Shown here piece by piece: positions 8,930 to 19,008 of a stretch of DNA of 64,000 nucleotides (the stretch's first letter is position 1; the number at the start of each line of letters is the position of its first letter). The notes beneath the pieces were generated by a model. It was not told where the DNA came from and did not search any database. It was given only the letters and a program-made list of their open reading frames with translations. The stretch covers positions 78,484 through 142,483 of the forward strand of contig CAZYVI010000002.1 in NCBI GenBank assembly GCA_964651245.1, read 5' to 3'. Position numbers and translations under genes: made by a program. This DNA is from an uncultured Anaerolineales bacterium (lineage in GTDB: Bacteria; Chloroflexota; Anaerolineae; Epilineales; Epilineaceae).

Positions 8930-10198
8930 GTGCCTGCCATCGCCGCCCGCGTCCCCCTCGCCCAAGCCCGCGCCTACTGGTTCGCCCGCCAGGCGCTCGC
9001 CACGCCAGCCGCGGCCGCCGAGCCGGCCGCCGACGTCGTCGCCCGCACCGGCTGGCTGCGGACGGTGGGCGGGGCGGACGGCTATATCGCGGCCCACGCC
9101 CGGCTGTCCGCGGGCGCCGACACGCGCGCCGTCCTCGATGCCGCGGCGGCGCGGCGCGACTTGGTGCTGACGCCAGCGGTGCGCGGCTGCATTTACATCG
9201 TGCCGCGCCGCGACGCCAGCTTGGCGCTGGCCGCGGCCGCGGCGCAGGCGCGCGACCGGACCGTGGCCGACGCGGCCAAGGCAGGCGTGTCGGCCGCCGA
9301 GCTGGCCGACGTCGGCACGGCCGTTGTCGACGTCCTGGCGGGTGGGCCGCGGACGACGGACGGCGTGCGCAAGTCGCTGCCCGGCGGCGTCGTGCGCGGC
9401 CTCGGCGAGGCCGGCAAGCGCGTCGGGGTGTCGAGCCCGCTGCCGCCGGCGCTGCGGCTGCTGGAGTTCGACGGCCGCATCGTCCGCCAGCCCGAGGGCG
9501 ACCGGCTCGACACCGAGCGCTATCGGTGGCGCCTCGCCGACGGCCCCGCCGAACCCTCGGCCCTCAACGGCGGCGACCTGGCGCGGGCGCTGGCCGAGCG
9601 GTTCTTCGCCTTCGCCGGCCCGGCCACGCGCGACGACTTCGCGGTCTGGTCGGGCCTGCCGAAGCGCGACGTCGACGCGGCCCTCACGGCGGCCGCAGCG
9701 GCGGGCGCACTGGCGCCGGTGGCCGTCGACGGCTACGCCGAGGTGGCCTGGCTGCCGGCCGACGCCGTCGCCGACCTCACCGGCGCCGGCCCGAGCGACC
9801 AGCTGGCGCTGCTGGGCTTCGAGGACAACTTCACGGCGCTGCACGGCCCGATCGGCACCGTCGTCGCGCCGCGTCACCACGACGTCGTCGTCGAGCAGTG
9901 GGGCCGGCTCGGCCCGACGCGCCTCGGCGACGCCCGCCACGCGCACCGCCGGGCAATCGCGGCCGGCGGCGCCGTCATCGGCTGGTGGGAGTACGACCCG
10001 GCTGCGGGCGAGGTCGCGGCGGCGACGTTCGAGCCGCCGGCGCCCGCCGTGCGCGCCGCGCTCGACGACGCCGCCGCGGATGTCGGCCGCCTGCTGCGCG
10101 ACGACGTCGGCCACGGCCGGATGTCGTCGATCGACAGCGAGGCGGCGGTGGCCGAGCGGGCGGCGGGCGTGCGGGCGATGGCGGGAGGCGGGCCATAG
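8930..10198 (+). CDS. YcaQ/AlkZ-like (HTH_42, DUF1006) winged-helix protein, the family of putative DNA glycosylases for crosslinked DNA
   Basis: GTG at 8930. The N-terminus (LAQARAYWFARQAL) matches the characteristic start of the HTH_42 family and the length is about 420 aa. The portion of ORF 8774.. upstream overlaps the REP hairpins and is probably not translated. Confidence 0.5.
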   Translation: MPAIAARVPLAQARAYWFARQALATPAAAAEPAADVVARTGWLRTVGGADGYIAAHARLSAGADTRAVLDAAAARRDLVLTPAVRGCIYIVPRRDASLALAAAAAQARDRTVADAAKAGVSAAELADVGTAVVDVLAGGPRTTDGVRKSLPGGVVRGLGEAGKRVGVSSPLPPALRLLEFDGRIVRQPEGDRLDTERYRWRLADGPAEPSALNGGDLARALAERFFAFAGPATRDDFAVWSGLPKRDVDAALTAAAAAGALAPVAVDGYAEVAWLPADAVADLTGAGPSDQLALLGFEDNFTALHGPIGTVVAPRHHDVVVEQWGRLGPTRLGDARHAHRRAIAAGGAVIGWWEYDPAAGEVAAATFEPPAPAVRAALDDAAADVGRLLRDDVGHGRMSSIDSEAAVAERAAGVRAMAGGGP

Positions 10199-10387
10199 CG
10201 GCGACGCACGGGAGCTAAAGGACGGCACAACCGGCGACGAGTCGTCCGGCGCGCGCCGCCTGGTTATCATGTACCGCCCGGCGCAACCTGGCCGGGTGGC
10301 CGGTCCGACGGGCGCGGGCGTTTCCGCGCCGTGGCGGCCGGCGTTGTATGTGTGTCGGTTCGCCGCATCCCAGGGAAGTCGTCGACC

Positions 10388-13300
10388 ATGGCTGCTCACG
10401 GTGTCGTGTCCCGGTCGCGCCCGCGCTGCGCGCCGCCGCTGCGCGCGGCGGCCGTCGCCGCCCTCGCGCTGGCCGCCGTCGGTCTCGTCGGCTGCACCGA
10501 GCGCAAGGCGGCGCCGGAGCCGCTCGACGACGCGACGTACGACCGCGTCGTCGGGCTGTTCTACGCCGGCCTCGGGGCGCTCGACTCGGGCGTCCAGAAC
10601 GAGCTGGCGGCGTCGCTGTTCACGACGGTGACGCAGCTGGCGCCGCACGAGCCGGCCGCCTGGGCCAACCTGGCGGTGACGCGGCTGCGGATGCAGCAGA
10701 CCGAGGCCGCCGCCGAGGCGCTGGCCGGCGCCGACTTCGACGACAGCCGGCTGACGTTCATCGAGGGCCTCATCGCCAGCCGCAGCGGGCGGCCGGACGA
10801 GGCGCTGGCGGCGTGGCGGGCGGCCGCCGAAGCGAACCCCAACGACCTCCAGGCGCAGTACGCCCTGGTCCAGGAGCTGGCCCGCCAGGCCAGCGCCGAC
10901 GCCGAGGCCGAGATCCGCGAGCGCCTGGGCGTGATCCTGGCCGCCGACCCCGGCAACCTCAAGGCGCTGCTCGACAGCGCCCGCGCCGCCGCCCGCGCCG
11001 GCGACGCCGCGTCGCTGTCCGCCGCGCTCGACGCCGTTTCGGCCCGCAGCGACGAACTCGTCGCCAGCGTCAGCCCCGACCAGCCCCAGGTGGCCACCGA
11101 CCTCCCGCCGCTCATCGCCGAGCTCCGGGCGGCCGCCAAGGGCGATCCCAAGGCCCTGGCGTCGCAGCTGGCCGTGCTCGACAACCTCAGCCGCGCCACC
11201 GAGGCCTTCCGCGTCGACCTGGCCAAGCTGGCCTCAAGCGACCAGGCCGTCGGCCAGCCGATCCCGACCTTCCTCGTCCTGCCGGTGCCGAGCGCGATGC
11301 CGGACGAGGCCGATGGGACGGTGACGTTCGCGGCGCGGATTCTCGGCGATGTCGACGCGGCCGGCGCGGTGTCGGCGACGGCGGCCGCGACCGCCACCAC
11401 CTGGCTGCGGGCGATGGCCGTCTACACCGACGCCCCGCCGGTGCCGATCGGCCCGACGGCCGACGGAACGGCGCTGCTCGTGCGCACGACGCCGGCCGTG
11501 ACGCTGCCGCTGGCCGTCGGAGCAGTGAAGATGAACGGCCTGGCGCTGTTCGACGCCGACAACGATCGGCGGATGGACGTCGCCGCCGCCGGCCCGGCCG
11601 GCCTCCAGCTCTGGCGCCAGACGGACCGTGGCGCGTTCGAGGACGTCACGGCGTCGCTGGGGCTGAGCGAGACCGTCGTGGCCAGGCCGTATCAGGGACT
11701 TTGGCCGTTCGACCTCGAGCTGGACGGGGATCTCGACCTTGCACTCGCCAGCATAGTGAGTCCATCGGTCATACTGCAGAACAACGGAGACGGGTCGTGG
11801 GCGTCGGTTCCGGTCAGCGGCCTCATCCCGACGCATGCCGAGGCGCAACGCCGCATGTTGCGCTCCTCAATGGCCTTCCCGGACTTGGATGCCGCTGAAG
11901 CAGATCGCATCGACGCATGGTTCGACGTCGACGGAGACGGCACCAACGACGTAGTTGGTTACACCGCCGGCCGCCTCAGCGCGTGGCGCAATCTGCGCGG
12001 CGGGATCTACAGCCCGATGACAGCGCCCGACAGTGGCACGTCAATCGGCCGCATCGCCGTGGCCGACGTCGACCGCGACGGACGGTTTGACGTCGTTGCC
12101 GCTGGCCCGAATGGGCTCGTTTCGCACCAGCCGCCAAGGTCCGGCGACAAGGTGTGGTCTGTCCGGCCGATCACGGGCACGATGGTGCCAGCGGCCACGA
12201 ATGCGGCCAACGCGGATCCGGCTTCCCTGCTCGGCGTGACCACGAGGGGCGTCTGGGCCGCCGATCTAGACAACAACGGCGCCATCGACCTCGTCGCCTT
12301 TGACGGCGAGACAAGTCGTGGCTGGCTGGGTGGGGGGACATCCGGCGACTGGGCGCCGCTTGTCGTTCCGAACGACTTCCGCGTCACCGACATCGCCGAC
12401 CTCGACGCCGACCACCGCGTTGACCTCCTCGGCGTGAACGCCGACGGCGCGCCCGTCGTCCTCATGAACCAGGGCGGCCAGAAGGCCTACCACGCCGTGA
12501 CCCTCCAGGCGCGCGCCGCCGAGGCGGCCGACCAGCGGATCAACAGCTTCGCGGTCGGCGGGGCGGTCGAGGCGCGCAGCGGGCGGTTGACGCAGAAGGT
12601 GCCGATCGACGGGCCGTTCATCCATGTCGGGCTCGGGGCGCGCCAGACGGCGGAGCTGGTGCGGTTCACCTGGCCGAACGGCACGATCCAGCCCGAGTTC
12701 GACGTAGCCGTCGACACGCCGGTCGTCGTCGAGCAGCGGCTCAAGGGGTCGTGCCCGTGGCTCTACGCCTGGGACGGCCAGGCGATGGCGTTCGTCACCG
12801 ACGTCCTCTGGAAGTCGCCGCTGGGGCTGCGGCTCAACGCCCAGGACACGGCCGGCGTCGTGACGACCCGCGACTGGGTCAAGGTGCCCGGGGCGATGCT
12901 CCAGCCGCGCGTCGACACGTCCGCCGCGTCGTCGCCGGAGGACGCCGCGCCCATCCTCGATCTGCGGGTCACCGGCGAGCTCTGGGAGACGCACTACTGG
13001 GATTGGTTCGGCCTCGTGGCCGTCGACCACGCCCCCGACGTCGAGGTCTGGGTCGACGAGCGGTTCGTCGTCCCGCCCGCGCCGCTGGCGGTGCAGGCGA
13101 CCGGCCCGGTGCAGGCCGTCGCGGCGGCCGTCGACGAGCGTGGGCGCGACGTGATGGACCTCGTCGCCGACCGCGACAACCTCTACCTCGACACCTTCGC
13201 CCTCGGCGCCTACCAGGGGCTGGCCGAGGATCACTGGGTCGAGCTGGCGATCGACCCGGCCGCCGTCGGCGGCGACCTGACGAACGCCGTCGTCATCGCC

Positions 13301-14152
13301 CAAGGCTGGCTTTACCCGACCGACAGCTCGATCAACGTCGCGCTCGGGCAGGGCGGTGGGCCGAAGCCGCAGGCGCTGTCGCTCGAGACGCTCGACGGCC
13401 AGGGCGGCTGGGCCGTCGTCGAGCCGTTCATCGGCTTCCCGGCCGGCAAGGGCAAGACGATGCTCATCGACCTGGCCAAGCTGGCCGACGCGCCGCGCGA
13501 CGACGCCGGGCGGGTGCGGCTGCGGCTGCGGACCAGCATGGAGATCTACTGGGACCGCCTCGGCGTCGCCCGCCGGCAGTCGGACGACGGCAGCGCGTTC
13601 ACCGTCGTCACCGCGACGCTGCGCTCGGCCACGATGGGCTACCACGGCTTCTCGATGACGAACCAGTACGCCCGCGGCGTCCAGGGCCCCGGCGCCGCGC
13701 CCCGCAGCCAGCCTGACACCCCGGACTACGACCGCATCGCCGCCACCGTCCCGATCTGGCTCGACCTGGCCGGCTGGTACACCCGCTACGGCCCCGTCGA
13801 GCCCCTGCTGTCGGCCGTCGACGACCGCTACGTCATCGTCAACGCCGGCGACGAGGTGCGGCTGGCGTTCGACGACGTCGCGCCGCCGGCCGCGGGGCGC
13901 GTCCGCGACTACGTCTTCATGAGCGACGGCTGGAACAAGGACGGCGACTTCAACACCGCCTACTCGGCCACCGTCCACCCGCTGCCGTCGCACGACAACC
14001 CGAAGTACGTCGACCAGCAGGTCTACGGCGCCGCCGGCGCCCTGACCGACGACCCCATCTACCGCGCCCACGCCGACGACTGGGCCACATACCACACCCG
14101 CTACGTCTCGCCGCTGCCGGTGCAGCGCGCGCTGTGGGAGGACGAACGATGA
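10388..14152 (+). CDS. lipoprotein with N-terminal TPR-like region, FG-GAP/VCBS repeats and a C-terminal ASPIC/UnbV domain (CRTAC1 family)
   Basis: ATG at 10388 gives MAAHGVVSRSRPRCAPPLRAAAVAALALAAVGLVGC (lipobox LVGC). Helical repeat N-terminal part, FG-GAP-type Ca-binding loops (DADNDRRMDV, DVDRDGRFDV, DLDNNGAIDL, DLDADHRVDL), and a C-terminal UnbV_ASPIC-like segment (VEARSGRLTQKVPIDGPFIHVGLGARQTAELVRFTWPNGTIQ). Confidence 0.75.
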   Translation: MAAHGVVSRSRPRCAPPLRAAAVAALALAAVGLVGCTERKAAPEPLDDATYDRVVGLFYAGLGALDSGVQNELAASLFTTVTQLAPHEPAAWANLAVTRLRMQQTEAAAEALAGADFDDSRLTFIEGLIASRSGRPDEALAAWRAAAEANPNDLQAQYALVQELARQASADAEAEIRERLGVILAADPGNLKALLDSARAAARAGDAASLSAALDAVSARSDELVASVSPDQPQVATDLPPLIAELRAAAKGDPKALASQLAVLDNLSRATEAFRVDLAKLASSDQAVGQPIPTFLVLPVPSAMPDEADGTVTFAARILGDVDAAGAVSATAAATATTWLRAMAVYTDAPPVPIGPTADGTALLVRTTPAVTLPLAVGAVKMNGLALFDADNDRRMDVAAAGPAGLQLWRQTDRGAFEDVTASLGLSETVVARPYQGLWPFDLELDGDLDLALASIVSPSVILQNNGDGSWASVPVSGLIPTHAEAQRRMLRSSMAFPDLDAAEADRIDAWFDVDGDGTNDVVGYTAGRLSAWRNLRGGIYSPMTAPDSGTSIGRIAVADVDRDGRFDVVAAGPNGLVSHQPPRSGDKVWSVRPITGTMVPAATNAANADPASLLGVTTRGVWAADLDNNGAIDLVAFDGETSRGWLGGGTSGDWAPLVVPNDFRVTDIADLDADHRVDLLGVNADGAPVVLMNQGGQKAYHAVTLQARAAEAADQRINSFAVGGAVEARSGRLTQKVPIDGPFIHVGLGARQTAELVRFTWPNGTIQPEFDVAVDTPVVVEQRLKGSCPWLYAWDGQAMAFVTDVLWKSPLGLRLNAQDTAGVVTTRDWVKVPGAMLQPRVDTSAASSPEDAAPILDLRVTGELWETHYWDWFGLVAVDHAPDVEVWVDERFVVPPAPLAVQATGPVQAVAAAVDERGRDVMDLVADRDNLYLDTFALGAYQGLAEDHWVELAIDPAAVGGDLTNAVVIAQGWLYPTDSSINVALGQGGGPKPQALSLETLDGQGGWAVVEPFIGFPAGKGKTMLIDLAKLADAPRDDAGRVRLRLRTSMEIYWDRLGVARRQSDDGSAFTVVTATLRSATMGYHGFSMTNQYARGVQGPGAAPRSQPDTPDYDRIAATVPIWLDLAGWYTRYGPVEPLLSAVDDRYVIVNAGDEVRLAFDDVAPPAAGRVRDYVFMSDGWNKDGDFNTAYSATVHPLPSHDNPKYVDQQVYGAAGALTDDPIYRAHADDWATYHTRYVSPLPVQRALWEDER

Positions 14153-14174
14153 CGATGCTCCGGGCGGTGCCGCG

Positions 14175-16094
14175 ATGACCGCCGACCCCTCGCCGGCCGC
14201 GCCGACGCCGTCGACCGCGCCCAGCGCGCCGCCCCCGCCGCCCGCCGCGCCGACCCCGCCCGCCCCGCGGCAGCGCGTGCCGCAGTGGGCCCTGGCGGTC
14301 GCGTTCGTCGGCCTGCTCGGGCTGACCGCCTACCTGGCGAACCGCTCCGGCGGCGGCGGGCCTGCGGCCGCCCCCGGTGGCGGCGGCCGCGACGCGGCGC
14401 TGCAGCGGCACGGCTTCGCGTTCACCGAGGTCGCCCGGTCGGTCGGCATCGACTTCACCCACACCGCCCCGACGTTCGACGCCAAGCTCGACCACATCAT
14501 GCCGCAGATGAACGCCATGGGCGCCGCCGTCAGCGTCGTCGACGTCGACGGCGACGGCTGGCTCGACCTCTACGCCACGAACAGCGGCGAGGGCACGGCC
14601 AACGCCCTCTTCCGCAACCGCGGCGACGGCACGTTCGAGGACATCGCCGCCGCGGCCGGCCTGGCCGACGTCAACCAGCCCGGCACCGGCATCTCGGCCG
14701 GCGCCGTCTGGGGCGACGCCGACAACGACGGCGATCGCGACGTGTTCCTCTACAAGTGGGGGCGGTCCGAGCTGTTCGAGAACGTCACCGACGGTGGCGC
14801 GGTCCGCTTCCGGCCGTTCGGCGCCGCGGCGGGGCTGCCGGCGTGGGCCAACATCAACAGCGCCACCTGGCTCGACTACGACGGCGACGGCCGGCTCGAC
14901 CTGTTCTTCGCCGGCTACTACGCCGAGGACGTCGACCTCTGGAACCTGACGACGACGCGGATGATGCCCGAGAGCTTCGAGTACGCCGAGAACGGCGGCC
15001 GGCGCTACCTCTACCGCAACCTCGGCGGCGGCCGGTTCGAGGACGTCACCGCGGCGGCCGGCATCGACAGCCGCCGCTGGGCGCTGGCGGTGGCCGCCGC
15101 CGACCTGCGCGGCGTCGGCCGGCCCGACATCGTCATCGCCAACGACTACGGCGTCAGCGAGTATTGGCTCAACGAGGGCGACGGCCGCTTCCGCAACGTC
15201 GGCTCGGAGAGCGGCATCGGCTTCCGGCCCAAGAGCGGCATGAACGTGGCGTTCGGCGACGTCTTCAACGACGGCCGGCAGAGCATCTACGTCTCCAACA
15301 TCTCGGAAGAGGGCGTCCTCCTCCAGGGCAACAACCTCTGGGTCCCCGACGCCGACGCCCCGCCCGACGCGCCGAAGTACGAGAACCTGGCCAGCTCGCT
15401 CGGCGTCGAGCTCGGCGGCTGGAGCTTCGGCGCCCAGTTCGGCGACCTCAACAACGACGGCCACCAGGACCTCTTCCTGACGAACGGCTTCGTCAGCCTC
15501 GACCCCGGCAAGAGCTATTGGTACGACTACTCCAAGATCGCCGGCGGCAACACGACGATCATCTCGGACGCCGCCAACTGGCCGCCGATGTCGAACAAGA
15601 GCCTGGCCGGCGCCCAGCCCAAGCGCGTCTGGCTCAACGACGGCGCCGGCGGCTTCGTCGACGTCGCCCAGGCCGTCGGCGTCACCGAGACCTACGACGG
15701 CCGCGCCGTGGCGCTGGCCGACCTCTGGAACCGCGGCGTGCTCGACGTCGTGGTGGCCCACCAGAAGGGCCCGCTCCTGGTCTACAAGAACGAGGTCGCG
15801 CCCGACCGGCACTGGATCGGCTTCGCGCTCACCGGCGCCGGGGCCGTCAACCGTGACGCCGTCGGCGCCACCGTCGAGCTGCGCTGGGCGGGCGGGCGGC
15901 AGCGCCAGCACGTGCTGAGCGCGTCCGGGTTCTGCGCCCAGAACATGCCGCGGCTACACTTCGGCCTCGGTGACGCGGCGGCCGTCGACGAAGCCGTCAT
16001 CACCTGGCCGGACGGGACGACCCAGACGTTGGCCGCGCCGGCCGTCGACACGGTGCACGCCGTGACGATGGGCCAGCCGGCCGCCGCGCGGTAG
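14175..16094 (+). CDS. membrane-anchored FG-GAP / ASPIC-UnbV protein (CRTAC1 family), second copy
   Basis: Pro-rich N-terminus, then a TM anchor (WALAVAFVGLLGLTAYL). FG-GAP loops (DVDGDGWLDL, DADNDGDRDV, DYDGDGRLDL, DLNNDGHQDL) and a C-terminal UnbV_ASPIC segment (ATVELRWAGGRQRQHVLSASGFCAQNMPRLHFGLGDAAAVDEAVITWPDGT). Sits 22 nt after the previous gene. Confidence 0.75.
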   Translation: MTADPSPAAPTPSTAPSAPPPPPAAPTPPAPRQRVPQWALAVAFVGLLGLTAYLANRSGGGGPAAAPGGGGRDAALQRHGFAFTEVARSVGIDFTHTAPTFDAKLDHIMPQMNAMGAAVSVVDVDGDGWLDLYATNSGEGTANALFRNRGDGTFEDIAAAAGLADVNQPGTGISAGAVWGDADNDGDRDVFLYKWGRSELFENVTDGGAVRFRPFGAAAGLPAWANINSATWLDYDGDGRLDLFFAGYYAEDVDLWNLTTTRMMPESFEYAENGGRRYLYRNLGGGRFEDVTAAAGIDSRRWALAVAAADLRGVGRPDIVIANDYGVSEYWLNEGDGRFRNVGSESGIGFRPKSGMNVAFGDVFNDGRQSIYVSNISEEGVLLQGNNLWVPDADAPPDAPKYENLASSLGVELGGWSFGAQFGDLNNDGHQDLFLTNGFVSLDPGKSYWYDYSKIAGGNTTIISDAANWPPMSNKSLAGAQPKRVWLNDGAGGFVDVAQAVGVTETYDGRAVALADLWNRGVLDVVVAHQKGPLLVYKNEVAPDRHWIGFALTGAGAVNRDAVGATVELRWAGGRQRQHVLSASGFCAQNMPRLHFGLGDAAAVDEAVITWPDGTTQTLAAPAVDTVHAVTMGQPAAAR

Positions 16095-16122
16095 CGCAGA
16101 GCGCGACGAGGAGGACACAGCG

Positions 16123-17055
16123 ATGTCGAGCACGACGCAGACCCTGCCGACCCCGCCGGCCATACCGCCGAGCCACTGGCTGTCGATGCCGCTCGACAAG
16201 CGCTACCTCCCGCCGCTGCTCATCACCATGATCCTCATCGCCGGCAACGCCCTGTTCCGCGGCCTCGAGGGCATCGACAAGACGCTGCTCTCGATCGCCA
16301 CCTGCATCGGGGCCGAGGTCGTGCTCTCGAAGCTGGTGCGCGGTCGCTGGCCGCACGCCGCCAGCGCCTACATCAGCGGCATCAGCATCGGCATGCTGCT
16401 GCGCTCGCCGTACTACTGGCCGTACATCGTCTGCGCCCTGATCACGATCGGCTCGAAGTACGTCATCCGCTTCCGCGGCCGCCACGTCTGGAACCCGTCG
16501 AACTTCGGCATCGCGATGATGGTCATCCTGGCCCACAACGCCGTGGCCACGCTCTCGATCCAGTGGGACAACAAGCTCTACGTCATGCTCGTCATCTGGA
16601 CCGCCGGCGCGATCATCATCGGCCGGCTCAAGCGCTTCCACATCTGCCTGACCTACGTGGTGAGCTTCCTGGCCTACGGCTTCGTCCGCCACCTCATCAC
16701 CGGCGACCCCTACCTGGCCGAGATCGCGCCGATCACCGGCCCGATGTACCAGCTGTTCACGTTCTTCATGATCACCGACCCGCCCACCACGGTGAAGGGC
16801 AAGGTGCCGCAGATGGTCGTCGCCTTCGGCGTCGCCACGATGGAGTTCGTGCTGCGCACGATCGGCGGCCTCGACGTGGCCTGGGGCGCCGTCGGCCAGT
16901 GGGTCGAGCTCGTCAGCGTCCACGCGCCGTACTTCGCGCTGTTCAGCGTCGGGCCGGCGGCGTTCGTCGGGCAGATCCTGTGGCTGGAGCGGAAGGCGCG
17001 GCGGGCCGAAGCGGCGGGCGTCGGGGGAGCCGGCGGCGCGGCCGCGGCCGCCTAG
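16123..17055 (+). CDS. polytopic integral membrane protein, possibly UnbU-like partner of the ASPIC/UnbV proteins
   Basis: ATG at 16123 with GAGGAGG 8 nt upstream and about 8-9 predicted TM helices. It lies 28 nt downstream of the second ASPIC gene. UnbU-like is an inference from gene context, not from a recognised motif. Confidence 0.55.
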   Translation: MSSTTQTLPTPPAIPPSHWLSMPLDKRYLPPLLITMILIAGNALFRGLEGIDKTLLSIATCIGAEVVLSKLVRGRWPHAASAYISGISIGMLLRSPYYWPYIVCALITIGSKYVIRFRGRHVWNPSNFGIAMMVILAHNAVATLSIQWDNKLYVMLVIWTAGAIIIGRLKRFHICLTYVVSFLAYGFVRHLITGDPYLAEIAPITGPMYQLFTFFMITDPPTTVKGKVPQMVVAFGVATMEFVLRTIGGLDVAWGAVGQWVELVSVHAPYFALFSVGPAAFVGQILWLERKARRAEAAGVGGAGGAAAAA

Positions 17056-17098
17056 CCGCCCACCGCCGCCCGGCGGTCGGCCTGGGCCGCGAGCCCCG

Positions 17099-18895
17099 TC
17101 AGACCTCGATCACGATCGGCAGCACCACGGGCCGCCGCCCCGTCCGATCCTGGATGAACGGCGCCAGCGACGACTTGATGCGCTCGGCCAGCTCGGCGGC
17201 CGGGCCGCCCTTGGCCGCACCGCCGCGCCCGTCGCCACCCGCCCCGGCGTCGCCGCCGTCCCCGCCGTCGTTGTCGCCGTCACGGCCGCGGTCGAAGTCA
17301 CGGCCGCGGTCGCGACGACCACCCGACGACGCCGTGTGGGCCGGCACGCCGTCGGCGGCGCGGTCGACGACGCCGGCGACGTGCTGGACGAACTCCTCGA
17401 TCAGCTCCGCCGAGTGCTTGTAGATGACGAAGCCGCGGGTCACGATCTCGGGATCGGCGACCAGGCGGCGCGTCGTCCGGTCGACGACGACGATCGGGGT
17501 CACGAAGCCGCCGCTGGCCAGCTGGCGCCGGTCGCGCAGGATGGCCTCGGTGACGGTGCCGACGCTCTTGCCGTCGACGTAGATGTACTCGCCGTTGGCC
17601 GCTTTGGGCACCTTGCGCGCGCCGCGGCCGTCGAACTCGACGGCGTCGCCGCTCTCCAGGATGAAGATGTCCTCCTCGGCCATGCCCAGGTCCTTGGCCA
17701 TCCGTCCGTGCAGGCACAGCATGCGGTGCTCGCCGCCGCACGGCAGGAAGTAGCGTGGCGCCACGATCTTGAGCATGAGCTTCTGCTCTTCGCGGTTGGC
17801 GTGGCCCGAGACGTGGACCGGCGTCAGCGCCTGGTAGAGGACGTCGGCGCCGTGCCGGAAGAGCTCGTTGAGGGTGCGGTGGACCAGCTCTTCGTTGCCC
17901 GGGATCGGCGTGGCCGAGAGCACCACGGTGTCGCCGGCGATCAGGCTGACGTCGCGGTGGTTGTCGTGGGCCATGCGCACCAGCGCGCTCGTCGGCTCGC
18001 CCTGGGTGCCGGTGCAGACGATCGCCACCTCGTCGAGCGGCAGCTTCTCGAGGTCGCGCAGGCCCACCAGCACGCCGGGCTCGGCTTTGAGGTAGCCCAG
18101 CTCGAGCGCCATGCGGCAGTTGTTCTCCATCGACCGGCCCACGAGCGCGACCTTGCGGCCGAACTCGGCCGCGACGTTGAGCGTCTCCTGGACCCGGCTG
18201 ATGTTGCTGGCGAACGTGCTGATGATGATCCGCCCCGGCGCCCGCTCGAAGACGCGCTCCAGCGTCTCGCGCACGATCGCCTCCGACGGCGTGTGGCCGG
18301 CGCGCTCGGCGTTCGTGCTGTCGGACAGCAGCGCCAGGACGCCGCGTTGGCCGTACTCGGCCAGGCGGTGGATGTCGGTCGTCTCGTTGTTGACCGGCGT
18401 CAGGTCGAACTTGTACTCGGCGGTATGGACGATCAGGCCCATCGGCGTGTCGACGGCGAAGCCGACGGTGTCGGGGATGCTGTGGCTGACCCGGAACGGC
18501 TCGACGTGGAACGGGCCGATGTCGACGACGTCGTCGGCGGTGATCGTGTGGATCTCGGCCGCGTCGAGCCGGCCGTGCTCCTTGAGCTTGACCTCGATCA
18601 GGCCGCGGGTGAGGGCAGTGGCGTAGATCGGCGCCGGGACGAGGGGCAGGATGAACGGCAGGGCGCCGTGGTGATCCTCGTGGCCGTGGGTGATGAAGTA
18701 GGCCAGCACCTTGTCGGCGTGGGCCTGGAGGTAGCTGAAGTTCGGCAGGATCAGGTCGACGCCGGGCATGTCGCTCTCGGGGAACATGAGCCCGCAGTCG
18801 ATGCAGATGATCTGGTCGTCGTACTCGATGGCGGTCAGGTTGCGGCCGACCTCGCCGAAGCCCCCGAGGGGGATGATGCGCAGTTTGGCGCTCAC
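17099..18895 (-). CDS. rnj: ribonuclease J (metallo-beta-lactamase / beta-CASP RNase)
   Basis: GTG start (complement of 18893-18895) gives [19 protein letters not shown]. HxHxDH motif ([11 protein letters not shown]), beta-CASP region and a C-terminal Gly/Asp/Arg-rich tail. AGGA lies 9 nt upstream. The 935-aa ORF upstream of this start is Arg-rich antisense-like and was rejected. Confidence 0.9.
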   Translation of the reverse strand: MSAKLRIIPLGGFGEVGRNLTAIEYDDQIICIDCGLMFPESDMPGVDLILPNFSYLQAHADKVLAYFITHGHEDHHGALPFILPLVPAPIYATALTRGLIEVKLKEHGRLDAAEIHTITADDVVDIGPFHVEPFRVSHSIPDTVGFAVDTPMGLIVHTAEYKFDLTPVNNETTDIHRLAEYGQRGVLALLSDSTNAERAGHTPSEAIVRETLERVFERAPGRIIISTFASNISRVQETLNVAAEFGRKVALVGRSMENNCRMALELGYLKAEPGVLVGLRDLEKLPLDEVAIVCTGTQGEPTSALVRMAHDNHRDVSLIAGDTVVLSATPIPGNEELVHRTLNELFRHGADVLYQALTPVHVSGHANREEQKLMLKIVAPRYFLPCGGEHRMLCLHGRMAKDLGMAEEDIFILESGDAVEFDGRGARKVPKAANGEYIYVDGKSVGTVTEAILRDRRQLASGGFVTPIVVVDRTTRRLVADPEIVTRGFVIYKHSAELIEEFVQHVAGVVDRAADGVPAHTASSGGRRDRGRDFDRGRDGDNDGGDGGDAGAGGDGRGGAAKGGPAAELAERIKSSLAPFIQDRTGRRPVVLPIVIEV

Positions 18896-19008
18896 GTGGG
18901 TTTGTCCTTTGTTCAGGTGGATGGGCACGATGGATCGTGTGGATCGGGCGAGAGGAGGGTCGTGTCGAAGGGCGCGGCGCGCGCCCGGCGCCGCGCGGAA
19001 GGGCGGGA

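Noticed and set aside
16123-17055. Noticeably lower GC in the membrane-protein gene, considered as possible horizontal acquisition
   Set aside because: Third codon positions remain G/C-rich. The drop is explained by Ile/Phe/Tyr/Met-rich TM helices, not by foreign codon usage.
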